Positions 16,808 through 25,918 of a DNA stretch of 64,000 bases are shown one piece after another. The notes beneath the pieces were generated by a model that saw only the letters and a program-made list of their open reading frames with translations, was not told where the DNA came from and made no database searches. This stretch comes from an uncultured Sulfolobales archaeon (lineage in GTDB: Archaea > Thermoproteota > Thermoprotei_A > Sulfolobales > NBVN01). How positions within the stretch are numbered: the first letter of the stretch is position 1; every line of letters starts with the position of its first letter. The position numbers and the translations under genes were made by a program. Location of the stretch: assembly GCA_938083005.1 (NCBI GenBank), contig CALKCU010000015.1, forward strand, positions 3,407-67,406. Direction: 5' to 3'.

Positions 16808-16872
16808 GGCAGATGTTGAGGAATCCGGGATCTGACGCCGAACGCGTGATGTGGCTTAACTTAGCTGAAGCG
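16808..16872 (+). ncRNA. C/D box sRNA (2'-O-methylation guide), dual guide
   Basis: Box layout: C ATGTTGA (16813-16819), 12 nt, D' CTGA (16832-16835), 10 nt, C' GTGATGT (16846-16852), 12 nt, D CTGA (16865-16868). The core is 56 nt with its own TATA box, in a 288-nt ORF-free spacer. Fibrillarin and Nop5 are encoded in the same window. Confidence 0.55.
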
Positions 16873-16958
16873 CCTCCGCGAGCCTCAGTGCTCGAGTGTC
16901 GGGCGGGCGTGTCTACACAGGCGTGGGCGTTCAAGCGCGTAGGAGGTACTGAGCGTGG

Positions 16959-17567
16959 TTGAAGCTCATGGGCTCCGTGAGGGAGAGGCTTCGGAGAGCG
17001 CCTCTATTCGTGGCTAGGCGCGCTGCGCGCCTACACCCGAACTTCCTAACAGCTCTGGGGCTCCTCTTCGCCCTCCTGACGCCGCCCGTGGCCTACCTCA
17101 CTAAGAGCTCCCTCTACGCGGCCGCTACCGCGTCGCTGTCTATGCTAATGGACGCGCTCGACGGTGCCGTCGCGAGGCTGCGCGGGTCAGCATCCAAGCG
17201 CGGAGCTTTCATCGATTCTCTAGCGGACAGGTTAAGCGACGCGTCCATAGTGCTGGCCCTATACCTCCTGGGCTGCAGCTACCTACTGGTCTACGCGGTG
17301 GCCGTTCTGTCGATGGTTATCAGCTACATTAGGGCCAGGGCCGAGTCTCTGGGAGTCGGGGGGCTAGCCGAAGTGGGGATCATGACGAGAGAGTTCAGGT
17401 GCCTGTTCCTGCTCTCCATCTACCTCCTCCACCACATGTTCGGAGCCCGCGTAGCGGACTACGCTCTAGCGGTACTACTCGCGGCGCTGGGCGCGACCGT
17501 GGTCCAGAGGGGTCTTTACGTGCTCAAAGCACTCGGAGGACGCCGTAACGAGGCATCGCGTATCTGA
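16959..17567 (+). CDS. CDP-alcohol phosphatidyltransferase family membrane protein
   Basis: 202 aa with multiple transmembrane (TM) segments. It carries the signature DALDGAVARLRGSASKRGAFIDSLADRLSD (D-G-x2-A-R-x8-G-x3-D-x3-D). Confidence 0.8.
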   Translation: MKLMGSVRERLRRAPLFVARRAARLHPNFLTALGLLFALLTPPVAYLTKSSLYAAATASLSMLMDALDGAVARLRGSASKRGAFIDSLADRLSDASIVLALYLLGCSYLLVYAVAVLSMVISYIRARAESLGVGGLAEVGIMTREFRCLFLLSIYLLHHMFGARVADYALAVLLAALGATVVQRGLYVLKALGGRRNEASRI

Positions 17568-17736
17568 GCCGCGCCTCCCTCCCGGGGACGTCTTCCCCGC
17601 CTAGATGGAGACCTCGCCCTACCGAGCCCGGTAGCGACCTGGGACCCCACGAAAGCGATGGGGTCTCTCGGGTGAGGTGGAGGTCTCCGGGTTCGGGAGA
17701 GCGTCGACGAGTGTCTGGGGACAAGCCGCTCCGAGG

Positions 17737-18489
17737 TTAGAGTTCTACGGTCAGACACTTGGTTGGGTGCAGAACCGTGAGCCCCGCGGGGAGTTCGGTG
17801 GGGTTCAACTTGAAATCAGCTAACCCGAAGTGAAGCGGCATCACAAGCCTGACCCCGGCCTCCAGGGCCACGCGCAAGCAATCGGAGACCGTGGAGTGGC
17901 CGAGCGATCTAGCCAGGGAGCCTTCCGAGTCCGGGAACGAGACCTCGTGCATCAGGAGGTCGCAACCCTCGGCCAGGCGCGCCAGCTGCTCACTGTACGC
18001 CGTGTCCCCGCTGTAAACGAAGCACCCTCCGGTTCCCTCGTCCTCGACCCTGATCGCCAGGCTGGGGACCGTGTGGGAGGCTTCAGCGAACTCGATCTTC
18101 AGTCCTGCGATCCTGATCGAGTCGCCCGGCTTCACCTCTACGAACTCGACGCAACACTCGAAGCTGGATACCGACACCGCCTCCAGCAACATCTTTATGG
18201 AGTGTAGAGTCTCCCGGGGCCCTACTACCTTGAGCTTCCCCCCGACGACCTTAGCGAACTGGATTATAGTCGGCAGCCCGAGGACGTGATCGCCGTGGTT
18301 ATGCGTGAGCACGACTGCCCTGAGCTCTCGGACATCGGTGTACCCGCACTCGAACATGCTCCTGAGGACTCCCTCGCCCGAGTCCAAGAGGGCGAGCCCC
18401 TCACCGGGGCCTCTCGAAACGAGGATAGAGGTGTGACCGTAGAGAGGGTCCGAGACCCACCCGCCGTAGCCGAGCAGAACGACCCTCAC
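17737..18489 (-). CDS. MBL-fold metallo-hydrolase
   Basis: 250 aa with the HNHGDH motif and later His/Asp ligands. It overlaps the infB stop by 4 nt, so co-transcription is likely. Confidence 0.8.
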   Translation of the reverse strand: MRVVLLGYGGWVSDPLYGHTSILVSRGPGEGLALLDSGEGVLRSMFECGYTDVRELRAVVLTHNHGDHVLGLPTIIQFAKVVGGKLKVVGPRETLHSIKMLLEAVSVSSFECCVEFVEVKPGDSIRIAGLKIEFAEASHTVPSLAIRVEDEGTGGCFVYSGDTAYSEQLARLAEGCDLLMHEVSFPDSEGSLARSLGHSTVSDCLRVALEAGVRLVMPLHFGLADFKLNPTELPAGLTVLHPTKCLTVEL

Positions 18490-20312
18490 TTCTTGGCACC
18501 CGAGAGCGCGCTCAGCAACTTGCGGGCGGATAGGCTTCCCCCCTTCGCCAAGATCTCCGCTATCTCCCTCGCAGCCTCCACTAAGTCTTCCGTCAGCTTG
18601 TTGGAAAACTTCTCGGTGAGGACGGTCAGATCGTGCTCGCTGGGCTCCGTGTAGAGCACGTCTCCCTCGTCGAAGTGTCTACCAACCAGGACGTTCCCCC
18701 TGATCGATATTGCTACTCTATCGCCCTTCCTGGCCTCCGCGACGGGCTTGCCCATGCTCTGGATCTGCATCACCTCACCGAGGGTTTTGCCGTCGGCTCT
18801 CATCAACCTGCTCCTAGGCCTTAGAACTCCCGACAGCACCTCGATGCCGACGATGGCCGGGTCGCTCCTCCTGAAGACGTAGCCCGGGAGGACCCTGATC
18901 TTCGCCGGGAGGGTCAGCGCGGAGAACTCCCTCTCCGCCTCCCTGGTCTTCTCCTCCTTGACCCACTGCTCGTAGGCCTCGATAAGCTTGTACATTATCC
19001 TGTCCCTGAAGATCCTGACGCCCTCGGCGCTCGCCACCTCCTCAGCTTCCGGCAAGACGCCGACGTTGAAGAGCAGGGCTACGCCGAGGTATCTGTTCTC
19101 CCCGGCGACGAGAGCGGCCTCCAGCACCTCTCTCTTCGTCAGCGGACCTATGTCGGCTATCCTAACGGGCACTCCCCGACGCTCTAGAGCCGATACGAGG
19201 GCCTCGAGAGTCCCGAGGGTGTCGGCCTTGGCTACGACACCGTTTATGTTCTTCGAGAACCTGACAGTGCCGACCTCCTCTTTCACCTTGTTCACCAGTT
19301 GCGGGATATGCTCCTCGGACTCCGCCACGTAGACCGGCGCTCCGGCTACCGCGTTCTCGAGGTTTGGAGCGACTATCCGCACGCCGGCGGCTGCGGCGAC
19401 CTCGTCGACCGCGGCCAGCTCGGCCCCGGCTACCCTTATCTCCTCCAGGGGCTTCGGCATGAGGAGAGCTCTGACCCGGGTTACTACGGGGTCCGGTATC
19501 CCCCCGACGACGATCGCGTCCCCCCTCCTGATAACGCCATCGTATATGACCGCGTCCACGCACGTCCCGATCCCGGTTAGCTCCTTCACCTCGAGGACGA
19601 CGCCCCTGGCCGGTCCCTCGGCGAAGGCTATCCTCTTCACCAGGTACCTCTGGACGAGCCCCGCGAGGACTGCCAGTAGCTCAGCGAGCCCCTCGCCGGT
19701 CTTAGCCGACACAGGCACTATTGCGATGCTCTTAGTGAAGTCCTTTATGCGGTCGAACCTCTCCGCGGGTATGTTCAGCGAGAGGAGCTGTCCCGAGAGC
19801 CTGTAGACGAGCCTGTCCAGCTCCTCGGCAACTCTCGAGCTCTGGCTGCGGAGCGACTCTAGGAAGGACAGCGTGTCCGTGCTCCTCCACCCGCTTACCC
19901 TGTCTATCTTGTTAGCAGCGACGAGGAAAGGCACCTTCCTACTCATCAATATCTCCATGCTCTCAACGGTCTGGGGCATGACCCCCTCGATCACGTCGAT
20001 GACCACTACGGCGAAGTCCGCTACGGCACCCCCTCTCTTTCTCAGGTTTGCGAATATCTCGTGCCCCGGCGTATCTATGAAGAGCAGGCCCGGTATCGTG
20101 AGCTTTATCTGGAACATCCTCTTAAGGGGAGCGATTATATCTTCTATGACTGAGAGCGGTACGAACGACGCGCCCACGTGCTGAGTCATCTCGCCCGGCT
20201 CCTTCTTTATGACAGCGGTCCCCCGTATCTTGTCCAAGAGCGTAGTCTTCCCGTGGTCTACGTGTCCCAGCACGGTCACTATGGGCGATCTAACCTTAGC
20301 CTTCTCGACCAC
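18486..20312 (-). CDS. infB: Translation initiation factor aIF5B (IF-2)
   Basis: 608 aa. GTPase motifs are GHVDHGKTTLLD, DTPGH and NKID. The four-domain length is typical of aIF5B. Confidence 0.95.
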   Translation of the reverse strand: MVEKAKVRSPIVTVLGHVDHGKTTLLDKIRGTAVIKKEPGEMTQHVGASFVPLSVIEDIIAPLKRMFQIKLTIPGLLFIDTPGHEIFANLRKRGGAVADFAVVVIDVIEGVMPQTVESMEILMSRKVPFLVAANKIDRVSGWRSTDTLSFLESLRSQSSRVAEELDRLVYRLSGQLLSLNIPAERFDRIKDFTKSIAIVPVSAKTGEGLAELLAVLAGLVQRYLVKRIAFAEGPARGVVLEVKELTGIGTCVDAVIYDGVIRRGDAIVVGGIPDPVVTRVRALLMPKPLEEIRVAGAELAAVDEVAAAAGVRIVAPNLENAVAGAPVYVAESEEHIPQLVNKVKEEVGTVRFSKNINGVVAKADTLGTLEALVSALERRGVPVRIADIGPLTKREVLEAALVAGENRYLGVALLFNVGVLPEAEEVASAEGVRIFRDRIMYKLIEAYEQWVKEEKTREAEREFSALTLPAKIRVLPGYVFRRSDPAIVGIEVLSGVLRPRSRLMRADGKTLGEVMQIQSMGKPVAEARKGDRVAISIRGNVLVGRHFDEGDVLYTEPSEHDLTVLTEKFSNKLTEDLVEAAREIAEILAKGGSLSARKLLSALSGAKK

Positions 20313-20842
20313 TATTCTCCACCTTAGTCTAGCTTGTCCTTCAGAACTAATAACGACGCGAAGACCCTCATCCGATCCCCCCGCGTCCGCTCGCCCGTCC
20401 GCGGATCTTTCGTACGGAGCTATTTCTGAACTCGCGAGAGCCTCCGGGCCGTCGCTCGACGCTCACAAGCTCTCTCCCCATCCCGCCTTCAGGCCCTAGA
20501 ACTTCGAGTCAATCGCACGATTAATGAAAGAAGATCACGTTCGAGCTACCGTCGTGGAGCACGGGTCCAGTCCGTGCTATGCGCAGCGATGGGCAGGCGC
20601 AGGCGAGGTCCCGCTCTCAGCCAGCGACCCGGCGGGCGAGACCGGCCTCGCTGGCGGGGGCAAATTAGATGTGATGCGCTGAAGCTCTCCGGTGACGAGC
20701 TCTGACATCTCCCGGTCCTGCGAGCGCTGTCGAGGGCCTCAGAAGGCTGCGCGGCGAGATCCTGAGGTGGTTCAGTAGACACGGCAGGAGGTTCCCGTGG
20801 AGGGGGGAGGTCGGCTGGTACGGTATCCTCGTCGCGGAGTTC

Positions 20843-21364
20843 ATGCTCATTAGGACCAGGTCCGAAGTTGCCGAGAGGGTCTTTCTCGAGTTCATACGGG
20901 AGTACCCGGAGCCGGAACTGCTCTGCTCGTCCGATCCCGAGAGGGTTCTCGACTACTTCAGCAAGCTAGGACTCCCCTCTAGGGCCAAGAGGCTGATCCA
21001 GGCGGTCTGCGCCGTCCTGGAGGAGTGCGGTGGGGAGATCCCCTGCGATTACAGAGAGCTGAGGAGGCTGTCGGGAGTGGGCGACTACATAGCGAGGGTC
21101 CTGCTGTCCAGGGTCTGCGGGAAGCACTATTCGTTCGTAGACTCGAACGTCATCCGCGTCCTCTCGAGGTTCGCGGGCGTGCCGCTGAAGGCTTCGGAGG
21201 CCGCCGGGATCTTAGAGGAGGCGTTTGCCGGCGGAGACCTCCCCCCCGTCAACGTAGCCCTGATCGATCTGGGCTCGGGAGTCTGCGGACCCAGGAGGCC
21301 GCGCTGCCCGGAATGCCCCCTCAGGGAGGAGTGCTCCTATTTCTCGTCTCCTCCAGCGCCCTGA
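20843..21364 (+). CDS. HhH-GPD DNA glycosylase with 4Fe-4S cluster loop (MutY/EndoIII family)
   Basis: It has the HhH motif LSGVGDYIA, VDSNVIRVL (MutY-like) and C-x6-C-x2-C-x5-C (CGPRRPRCPECPLREEC). The conserved-looking N-terminus (LRWFSRHGRRFPWR...) is encoded upstream of the first canonical start codon; see findings. Confidence 0.8.
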   Translation: MLIRTRSEVAERVFLEFIREYPEPELLCSSDPERVLDYFSKLGLPSRAKRLIQAVCAVLEECGGEIPCDYRELRRLSGVGDYIARVLLSRVCGKHYSFVDSNVIRVLSRFAGVPLKASEAAGILEEAFAGGDLPPVNVALIDLGSGVCGPRRPRCPECPLREECSYFSSPPAP

Positions 21365-21417
21365 GGAAGCCTTCGGTATTTTTGCTCAACTGCGTGCTCC
21401 TGAGCGGCGAGCGCAGG

Positions 21418-22413
21418 ATGATCTGGAGGGTCCTCTCGTACCCCAGGTACAAGCTGACCTCCTTGCCTACACCCATGGAGAGGGCCGCTAGGCTGAGCAA
21501 GGAGCTCGGGATCGAGCTGATCGTGAAGAGGGACGACGTAATGGAGCTGTGCATGGGTGGCAACAAGGTCCGGAAGCTCGAGTTCATACTGGCCGACGCG
21601 CTGAGCAAGGGGTGCGATGTGCTGATAACCCGGGGGGCCGCTCACTCGAACCACGTGAGGCTCACGGCGGCCGCCGCCAGGAGGGCCGGCCTAGACGTGT
21701 ACGCGGTGATCACGCCGCCCGGCAGCCTAGCGACTCAGGGCAACGTGCTCCTGGATAGACTCCTCGGAGCGAACATAGTCCCGGTCGACAGAGCCGAGGA
21801 GGCCGATGAGACCATGCTAAAGCTCGCCGAGAGGCTCAGATCCGAGGGGAGGCGTCCGTACGTGATCCCGGTGGGGGGAGCCTCCGAGCTGGGAGTGCTG
21901 GGCTACGCGCTAGCAGCCCTCGAGATACTGCAGCAGTCCCTGTCCCTCGGGCTCAGGCCCAAGTACATAGTCCACGCCACGGGAACCGGTGCGACCCAGG
22001 CCGGGCTAGCGCTCGGGCTCAAGCTACTCGGGGCGGCTGACGTAAAAGTCCTGGGGATATCGAACGGCAGGAGGTCCCCGGAGGTCGTCGGGAGGCTGGT
22101 CGATCTCTTCAACTCGACGGCGAGGATGCTCGGAGTGGACCTCAGGGCTTCGGAGGAGGACTTTGAGGTATACGACGAGTACACCTTCGGCGGATACGGG
22201 GTCATAACCTCGGAGGTTGTGGATGTGATGAAGTACGTGGCGAGGACGGAGGGGATAGTCTTGGACCCCGTCTACACCGCGAAGGCCATGTACGGGCTCA
22301 TCGACCTAGCCCGGAGGGGCGCGATAGAGAGGGGGAGCGCCGTAGTGTTCATACACACGGGTGGAACCCCCATAGCTTTCCAGTACGCTTCTGAAGTAGA
22401 GAAGTATCTTTAA
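21418..22413 (+). CDS. PLP-dependent D-cysteine desulfhydrase / ACC deaminase family protein
   Basis: The track ORF starts at 21025, overlapping the glycosylase gene. ATG 21418 (MIWRVLSYPRYKL) is the credible start. The motif GGNKVRKLEF carries the PLP lysine. Confidence 0.85.
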   Translation: MIWRVLSYPRYKLTSLPTPMERAARLSKELGIELIVKRDDVMELCMGGNKVRKLEFILADALSKGCDVLITRGAAHSNHVRLTAAAARRAGLDVYAVITPPGSLATQGNVLLDRLLGANIVPVDRAEEADETMLKLAERLRSEGRRPYVIPVGGASELGVLGYALAALEILQQSLSLGLRPKYIVHATGTGATQAGLALGLKLLGAADVKVLGISNGRRSPEVVGRLVDLFNSTARMLGVDLRASEEDFEVYDEYTFGGYGVITSEVVDVMKYVARTEGIVLDPVYTAKAMYGLIDLARRGAIERGSAVVFIHTGGTPIAFQYASEVEKYL

Positions 22414-22441
22414 CGTCCGAGCCGGAGCACGTGAGCGGTTT

Positions 22442-23284
22442 CTAAGCTGACTCCCGAGACCACCTCCCTAGCGTGGTCGAGTACAGCTGGAAGAGGTAGT
22501 CGGGTCCTGCGTTAAACACTCTCATACCCGACAGGTCGCTCTCCGGGACCCTCCCCGTACACTCCTTGAGCCTCTTGGACAAGAAGCGCTTCCGCTGATT
22601 GAAGAGACACCTAAGGAACTCCTCGTAGCCCCTCAGCTCCTCACTCCACTCCCTCCTTCTCTTGAGGACCACCACCGCGGACCACACCTTGGGTCTAGGC
22701 CTGAAGGAGTCCGGAGGGTACCTCCCGTAGACCTCGACGTTCATGAAGGTCTGGGTGAAGGCCGATATCCTCCCGTACTCCCGGGTCCCCGGTGCGGCGG
22801 CGAGCTTCCTAGCTACATCGTCCTGCAGCACCAGGACGGCGCTCCTGAGTGATGACTTAACCAGGGTCGTCACGACCCGGGACGATACTACGTAGGGAGT
22901 GTTAGAAACGAGGACGCAGCCCTCCCTTAGAGAGCGGATCAGGGGTATACCGTCGGACGCCACCACGTCTACCAGGTCCCTCGAGAACCTCCTCTTTAGG
23001 TAGTCGACGAACCTAACGTCTATCTCCGCGCAGAGTACGTATCTGAAGCGGCTCCCCAGGAACAGGGTGAGAGAGCCGAGGCCCGGGCCGAGCTCGTACA
23101 CGTAGCACTCTCCCCCTGGACACAACTCCTCGAGCCTCTCCAGCACCTCCAGAGCCAGGCGGCAGTCCACCATGAAGTGCTGGCCCAGCCTCTTGAGTGG
23201 TCTGAACTCCCTGATGAGCTCCCGCACTCTCCTCAGCTCCAGGCACTCCTTCGAGGAGTTCGTGAAACCCCCGACTAGCGTCAC
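22442..23284 (-). CDS. rsmA: 16S/18S rRNA adenine dimethyltransferase (KsgA/Dim1)
   Basis: 280 aa. Motifs are LGQHFMVD, the SAM-binding ELGPGLGSLT, and NTPY. Confidence 0.85.
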   Translation of the reverse strand: MTLVGGFTNSSKECLELRRVRELIREFRPLKRLGQHFMVDCRLALEVLERLEELCPGGECYVYELGPGLGSLTLFLGSRFRYVLCAEIDVRFVDYLKRRFSRDLVDVVASDGIPLIRSLREGCVLVSNTPYVVSSRVVTTLVKSSLRSAVLVLQDDVARKLAAAPGTREYGRISAFTQTFMNVEVYGRYPPDSFRPRPKVWSAVVVLKRRREWSEELRGYEEFLRCLFNQRKRFLSKRLKECTGRVPESDLSGMRVFNAGPDYLFQLYSTTLGRWSRESA

Positions 23285-23332
23285 TCAGTTTAAGCTAAAG
23301 AGCCCGACGGGTACTCTACAAGGGCCAGCTGG

Positions 23333-24625
23333 TTGAGCTCGGCGATCGAGGTATCCCTGGACGGAGGTCGGGTGCTCAGAGTCGTCGGCCCGGTAAGGGT
23401 CGAGGTGCTCTCTGGCGTAGTCTTGGTGGTTGGCTCGAGATATCCGGCGGGTTCGTCGTTCGTAGTCCACAGGCTCAGGTCTTACGGAATCAAGGCACTC
23501 TCGCCGGCTAGGCTGCGGCTCACTCTTGGCGAGGGCTCGAGGGTCGAGGAGTGCGGAGAGAGTGAGGAGGTGGTCGACGACTGGCTCAGCGCCTCCGAGT
23601 ACGTAGTGAGGAGGTGCTTAGAGAGGGGGCGGTGCAGGGTCCTGGTGGTCGGCCCGCCGGAATCGGGGAAAACCACCCTAACGGCGTTCCTGGCCAACCG
23701 CCTGAGGGAGGCCGGGTTTAGGGTGGGGGTTATAGAGGGCGATGTGGGACAGGAGGACGTCCTAGTCCCGACCACGATAGCCCTAGCGGAGGTCTCGAAG
23801 CCCGTCCTGTGGCTGAGGGAGCTCGAACCGTCGTCGTTCAGGTTCGTGGGCTGCACCTCCCCTCAGTACTGCTACTCCGAGAGCGTCATGGCCATAAGGG
23901 AGCTCGTGGACGAGGCTGCCAGGATAGGCTTCAACGCCGTGCTCGTAAACACCGACGGCTGGGTCGGCACTGCTTTAGGGATAGAGCACAAGCTGACCAT
24001 CATTAGGTGGGTAAGGCCGGACCTGGTGATAGCGACGAGCGCGGACGTGCACGACGTTATATCCAGGTGCCTCAGCGGATCGACCGAGGTGTTACAGGTT
24101 CGGAGGCCGGCTATCGTGCGGGAGAGGAGTAGGGAGGAGAGGCGCGAACTGAGGACCCAGGCGTACAGGAGGTACTTTAGCAGGGGGAGGGTGAGGAGAG
24201 TGAGGCTGGAGGGGGTCGCTTTGTTCAGTGCGTGTGCTCTCGCGGGGCGTCCCCTCTCGAGGGATGAGCTAGCAAGAGCTCTCGGGGTTCCCAGTAGTGA
24301 GCTGGGGGCGGTGCTCTACTCGTCCAGGGTGGGGGACACTCTTTACGTAGTCGCCAGGGAGTTCGCGGGCAGTAGCGCGAGCTTCTCGGACTCCAGGAGG
24401 GTTGTAGTTATGAGTCCCGAAGAGATTAAGGGAGCGCTAGTTGGGTTGCTGGGGGACGGAATGCGCGAGGTTGGCGTCGGCATAATATGGGGAGCGGAGT
24501 TCGAATCGCGAGAGCTCACTATCCTAACCCCGTGGGAGGGGGGGATAAGGGGCCTGATCATTGGCAAGATAAGGCTCAACGAGAACTTCGAAGAGGTCGG
24601 TAGGGTGACGAGATGTACTCTCTAG
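23333..24625 (+). CDS. Clp1/Grc3-type P-loop polynucleotide 5'-kinase homolog
   Basis: 430 aa. It has the P-loop VVGPPESGKTT with a Walker B-like VNTDGW. Domain order is as in archaeal Clp1. Confidence 0.65.
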   Translation: MSSAIEVSLDGGRVLRVVGPVRVEVLSGVVLVVGSRYPAGSSFVVHRLRSYGIKALSPARLRLTLGEGSRVEECGESEEVVDDWLSASEYVVRRCLERGRCRVLVVGPPESGKTTLTAFLANRLREAGFRVGVIEGDVGQEDVLVPTTIALAEVSKPVLWLRELEPSSFRFVGCTSPQYCYSESVMAIRELVDEAARIGFNAVLVNTDGWVGTALGIEHKLTIIRWVRPDLVIATSADVHDVISRCLSGSTEVLQVRRPAIVRERSREERRELRTQAYRRYFSRGRVRRVRLEGVALFSACALAGRPLSRDELARALGVPSSELGAVLYSSRVGDTLYVVAREFAGSSASFSDSRRVVVMSPEEIKGALVGLLGDGMREVGVGIIWGAEFESRELTILTPWEGGIRGLIIGKIRLNENFEEVGRVTRCTL

Positions 24626-25905
24626 CTAGAGTAGTGGAGGCCCAGGCCAGCAGGGGGTACGTCAAGAGGATAGCCGGAGAGCTCGAGCCCGACATAGAGC
24701 CAACCAAGCACCTCGCGGAAGCCGATAGGACCGGGTCCACGATCCTGTTCCGGGTAAGAGGCTCGGGGCTGGAGTGCGTTGGCGGAGTCATCAACACGAG
24801 GGAGAAGCTCTACGAGCTGCTCGGAGCGGGGGGAGACGAGGAGGCTTACAGTAAGCTCTCAGCAGCCCTCAGCGGTAGGGCCCAGGACGGCTTCAGAGTG
24901 CTGGGGTTCAGCGAGCTCTTCAGGCCTTTCGAGGGGTCCCTGACCTCCCTCCCGGCAGTGAGGTTCTACAGCATTGACGGCGGGAGGTACGTGACGTCAG
25001 CGATAGTGATAGCTAAAACCCCGGATCTCGATTCGTACAACGCCTCCATACATAGGCTCATGCTGTTGAGCGAGCGCGCCGTCGCCATAAGGCTGGTCCC
25101 CCGCCACCTCTACAGGATATACGAGCTGAACAGGCGATCGGGCGCCGAGACTAGGGTTGCCGTCGTGATCGGGGCCCACCCACTCGTAGAGCTCGCCTCG
25201 TCAATGTCTCCGCCCTACGGAGTCTTCGAGCTCGAGCTCGTGGAGAAGCTGGGCGGAGGTCCCCTCGAGGTAGCGTACACCCCCGCGTATGGCCTCCCGG
25301 TTCCCGCGCACGCTGCTGTAGTATTCGAGGGCAGGATCACGGGAGATTTGGTGAAGGAGGGTCCCTTCGTGGACATACTCGGGCTCCCGGATAGGGTTCG
25401 CGACCAGCCCGTCCTAGCGGTAGACCGGGTGTACGTGTCCAAGGACCCGGAGTACTTTCACGTCATACTCCCCGGAGGGGTGGAGCACTTCTTGCTGATG
25501 GGCTTCCCCAGGGAAACGGCTGTGTGGGAGGCTGTCAGGAAGGTCGTGCCCAGGGTAGTGAAAGTCAGGCTAACCAGGGGCGGGTGCATGTGGCTCCACG
25601 CGGTGATATCTATCTCTAAGGAGAGTGAAGGAGACGGCAAGTCGGCCATAATGGCCGCCTTCGCGGCCCACCCAAGCCTCAAGCACGTAGTCGTAGTTGA
25701 TGAGGACATAGATCCCGACAACCCCGAGGAGGTGGAGTGGGCCATAGCCACGAGGTTTCAAGCGAGTAGGGGGCTGGTGGTGGTGAGGGGCGCCAGGGGG
25801 TCGACGCTGGATCCGAGCTCCGAAGACGGGCTCACGGACAAGGTGGGTGTGGACGCTACCGCTCCCCTGAACCGCCGCGAGCTCTTCACGAGGCTCAGAG
25901 TCTGA
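24613..25905 (+). CDS. UbiD-family decarboxylase; candidate trans-anhydromevalonate-5-phosphate decarboxylase
   Basis: 430 aa with UbiD-like sequence throughout. It lies directly upstream of both aconitase-X subunit genes. The function is inferred from context. Confidence 0.8.
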   Translation: MYSLARVVEAQASRGYVKRIAGELEPDIEPTKHLAEADRTGSTILFRVRGSGLECVGGVINTREKLYELLGAGGDEEAYSKLSAALSGRAQDGFRVLGFSELFRPFEGSLTSLPAVRFYSIDGGRYVTSAIVIAKTPDLDSYNASIHRLMLLSERAVAIRLVPRHLYRIYELNRRSGAETRVAVVIGAHPLVELASSMSPPYGVFELELVEKLGGGPLEVAYTPAYGLPVPAHAAVVFEGRITGDLVKEGPFVDILGLPDRVRDQPVLAVDRVYVSKDPEYFHVILPGGVEHFLLMGFPRETAVWEAVRKVVPRVVKVRLTRGGCMWLHAVISISKESEGDGKSAIMAAFAAHPSLKHVVVVDEDIDPDNPEEVEWAIATRFQASRGLVVVRGARGSTLDPSSEDGLTDKVGVDATAPLNRRELFTRLRV

Positions 25906-25918
25906 CGCGGGTGAGCGC

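Noticed and set aside
20669-20710. GTGATGC ... GTGACGA ... CTGA strings upstream of the glycosylase gene, checked as a C/D box sRNA
   Set aside because: The box spacing is only about 36 nt in total. One guide would be 3 nt long and a CTGA sits 1 nt after the putative C box. This does not fit C/D architecture.
21025-21417. 5' extension of the 462-aa ORF overlapping the glycosylase gene
   Set aside because: The translation is Arg/Gly-rich and lies in another frame of a supported gene. The PLP-enzyme homology starts at ATG 21418.
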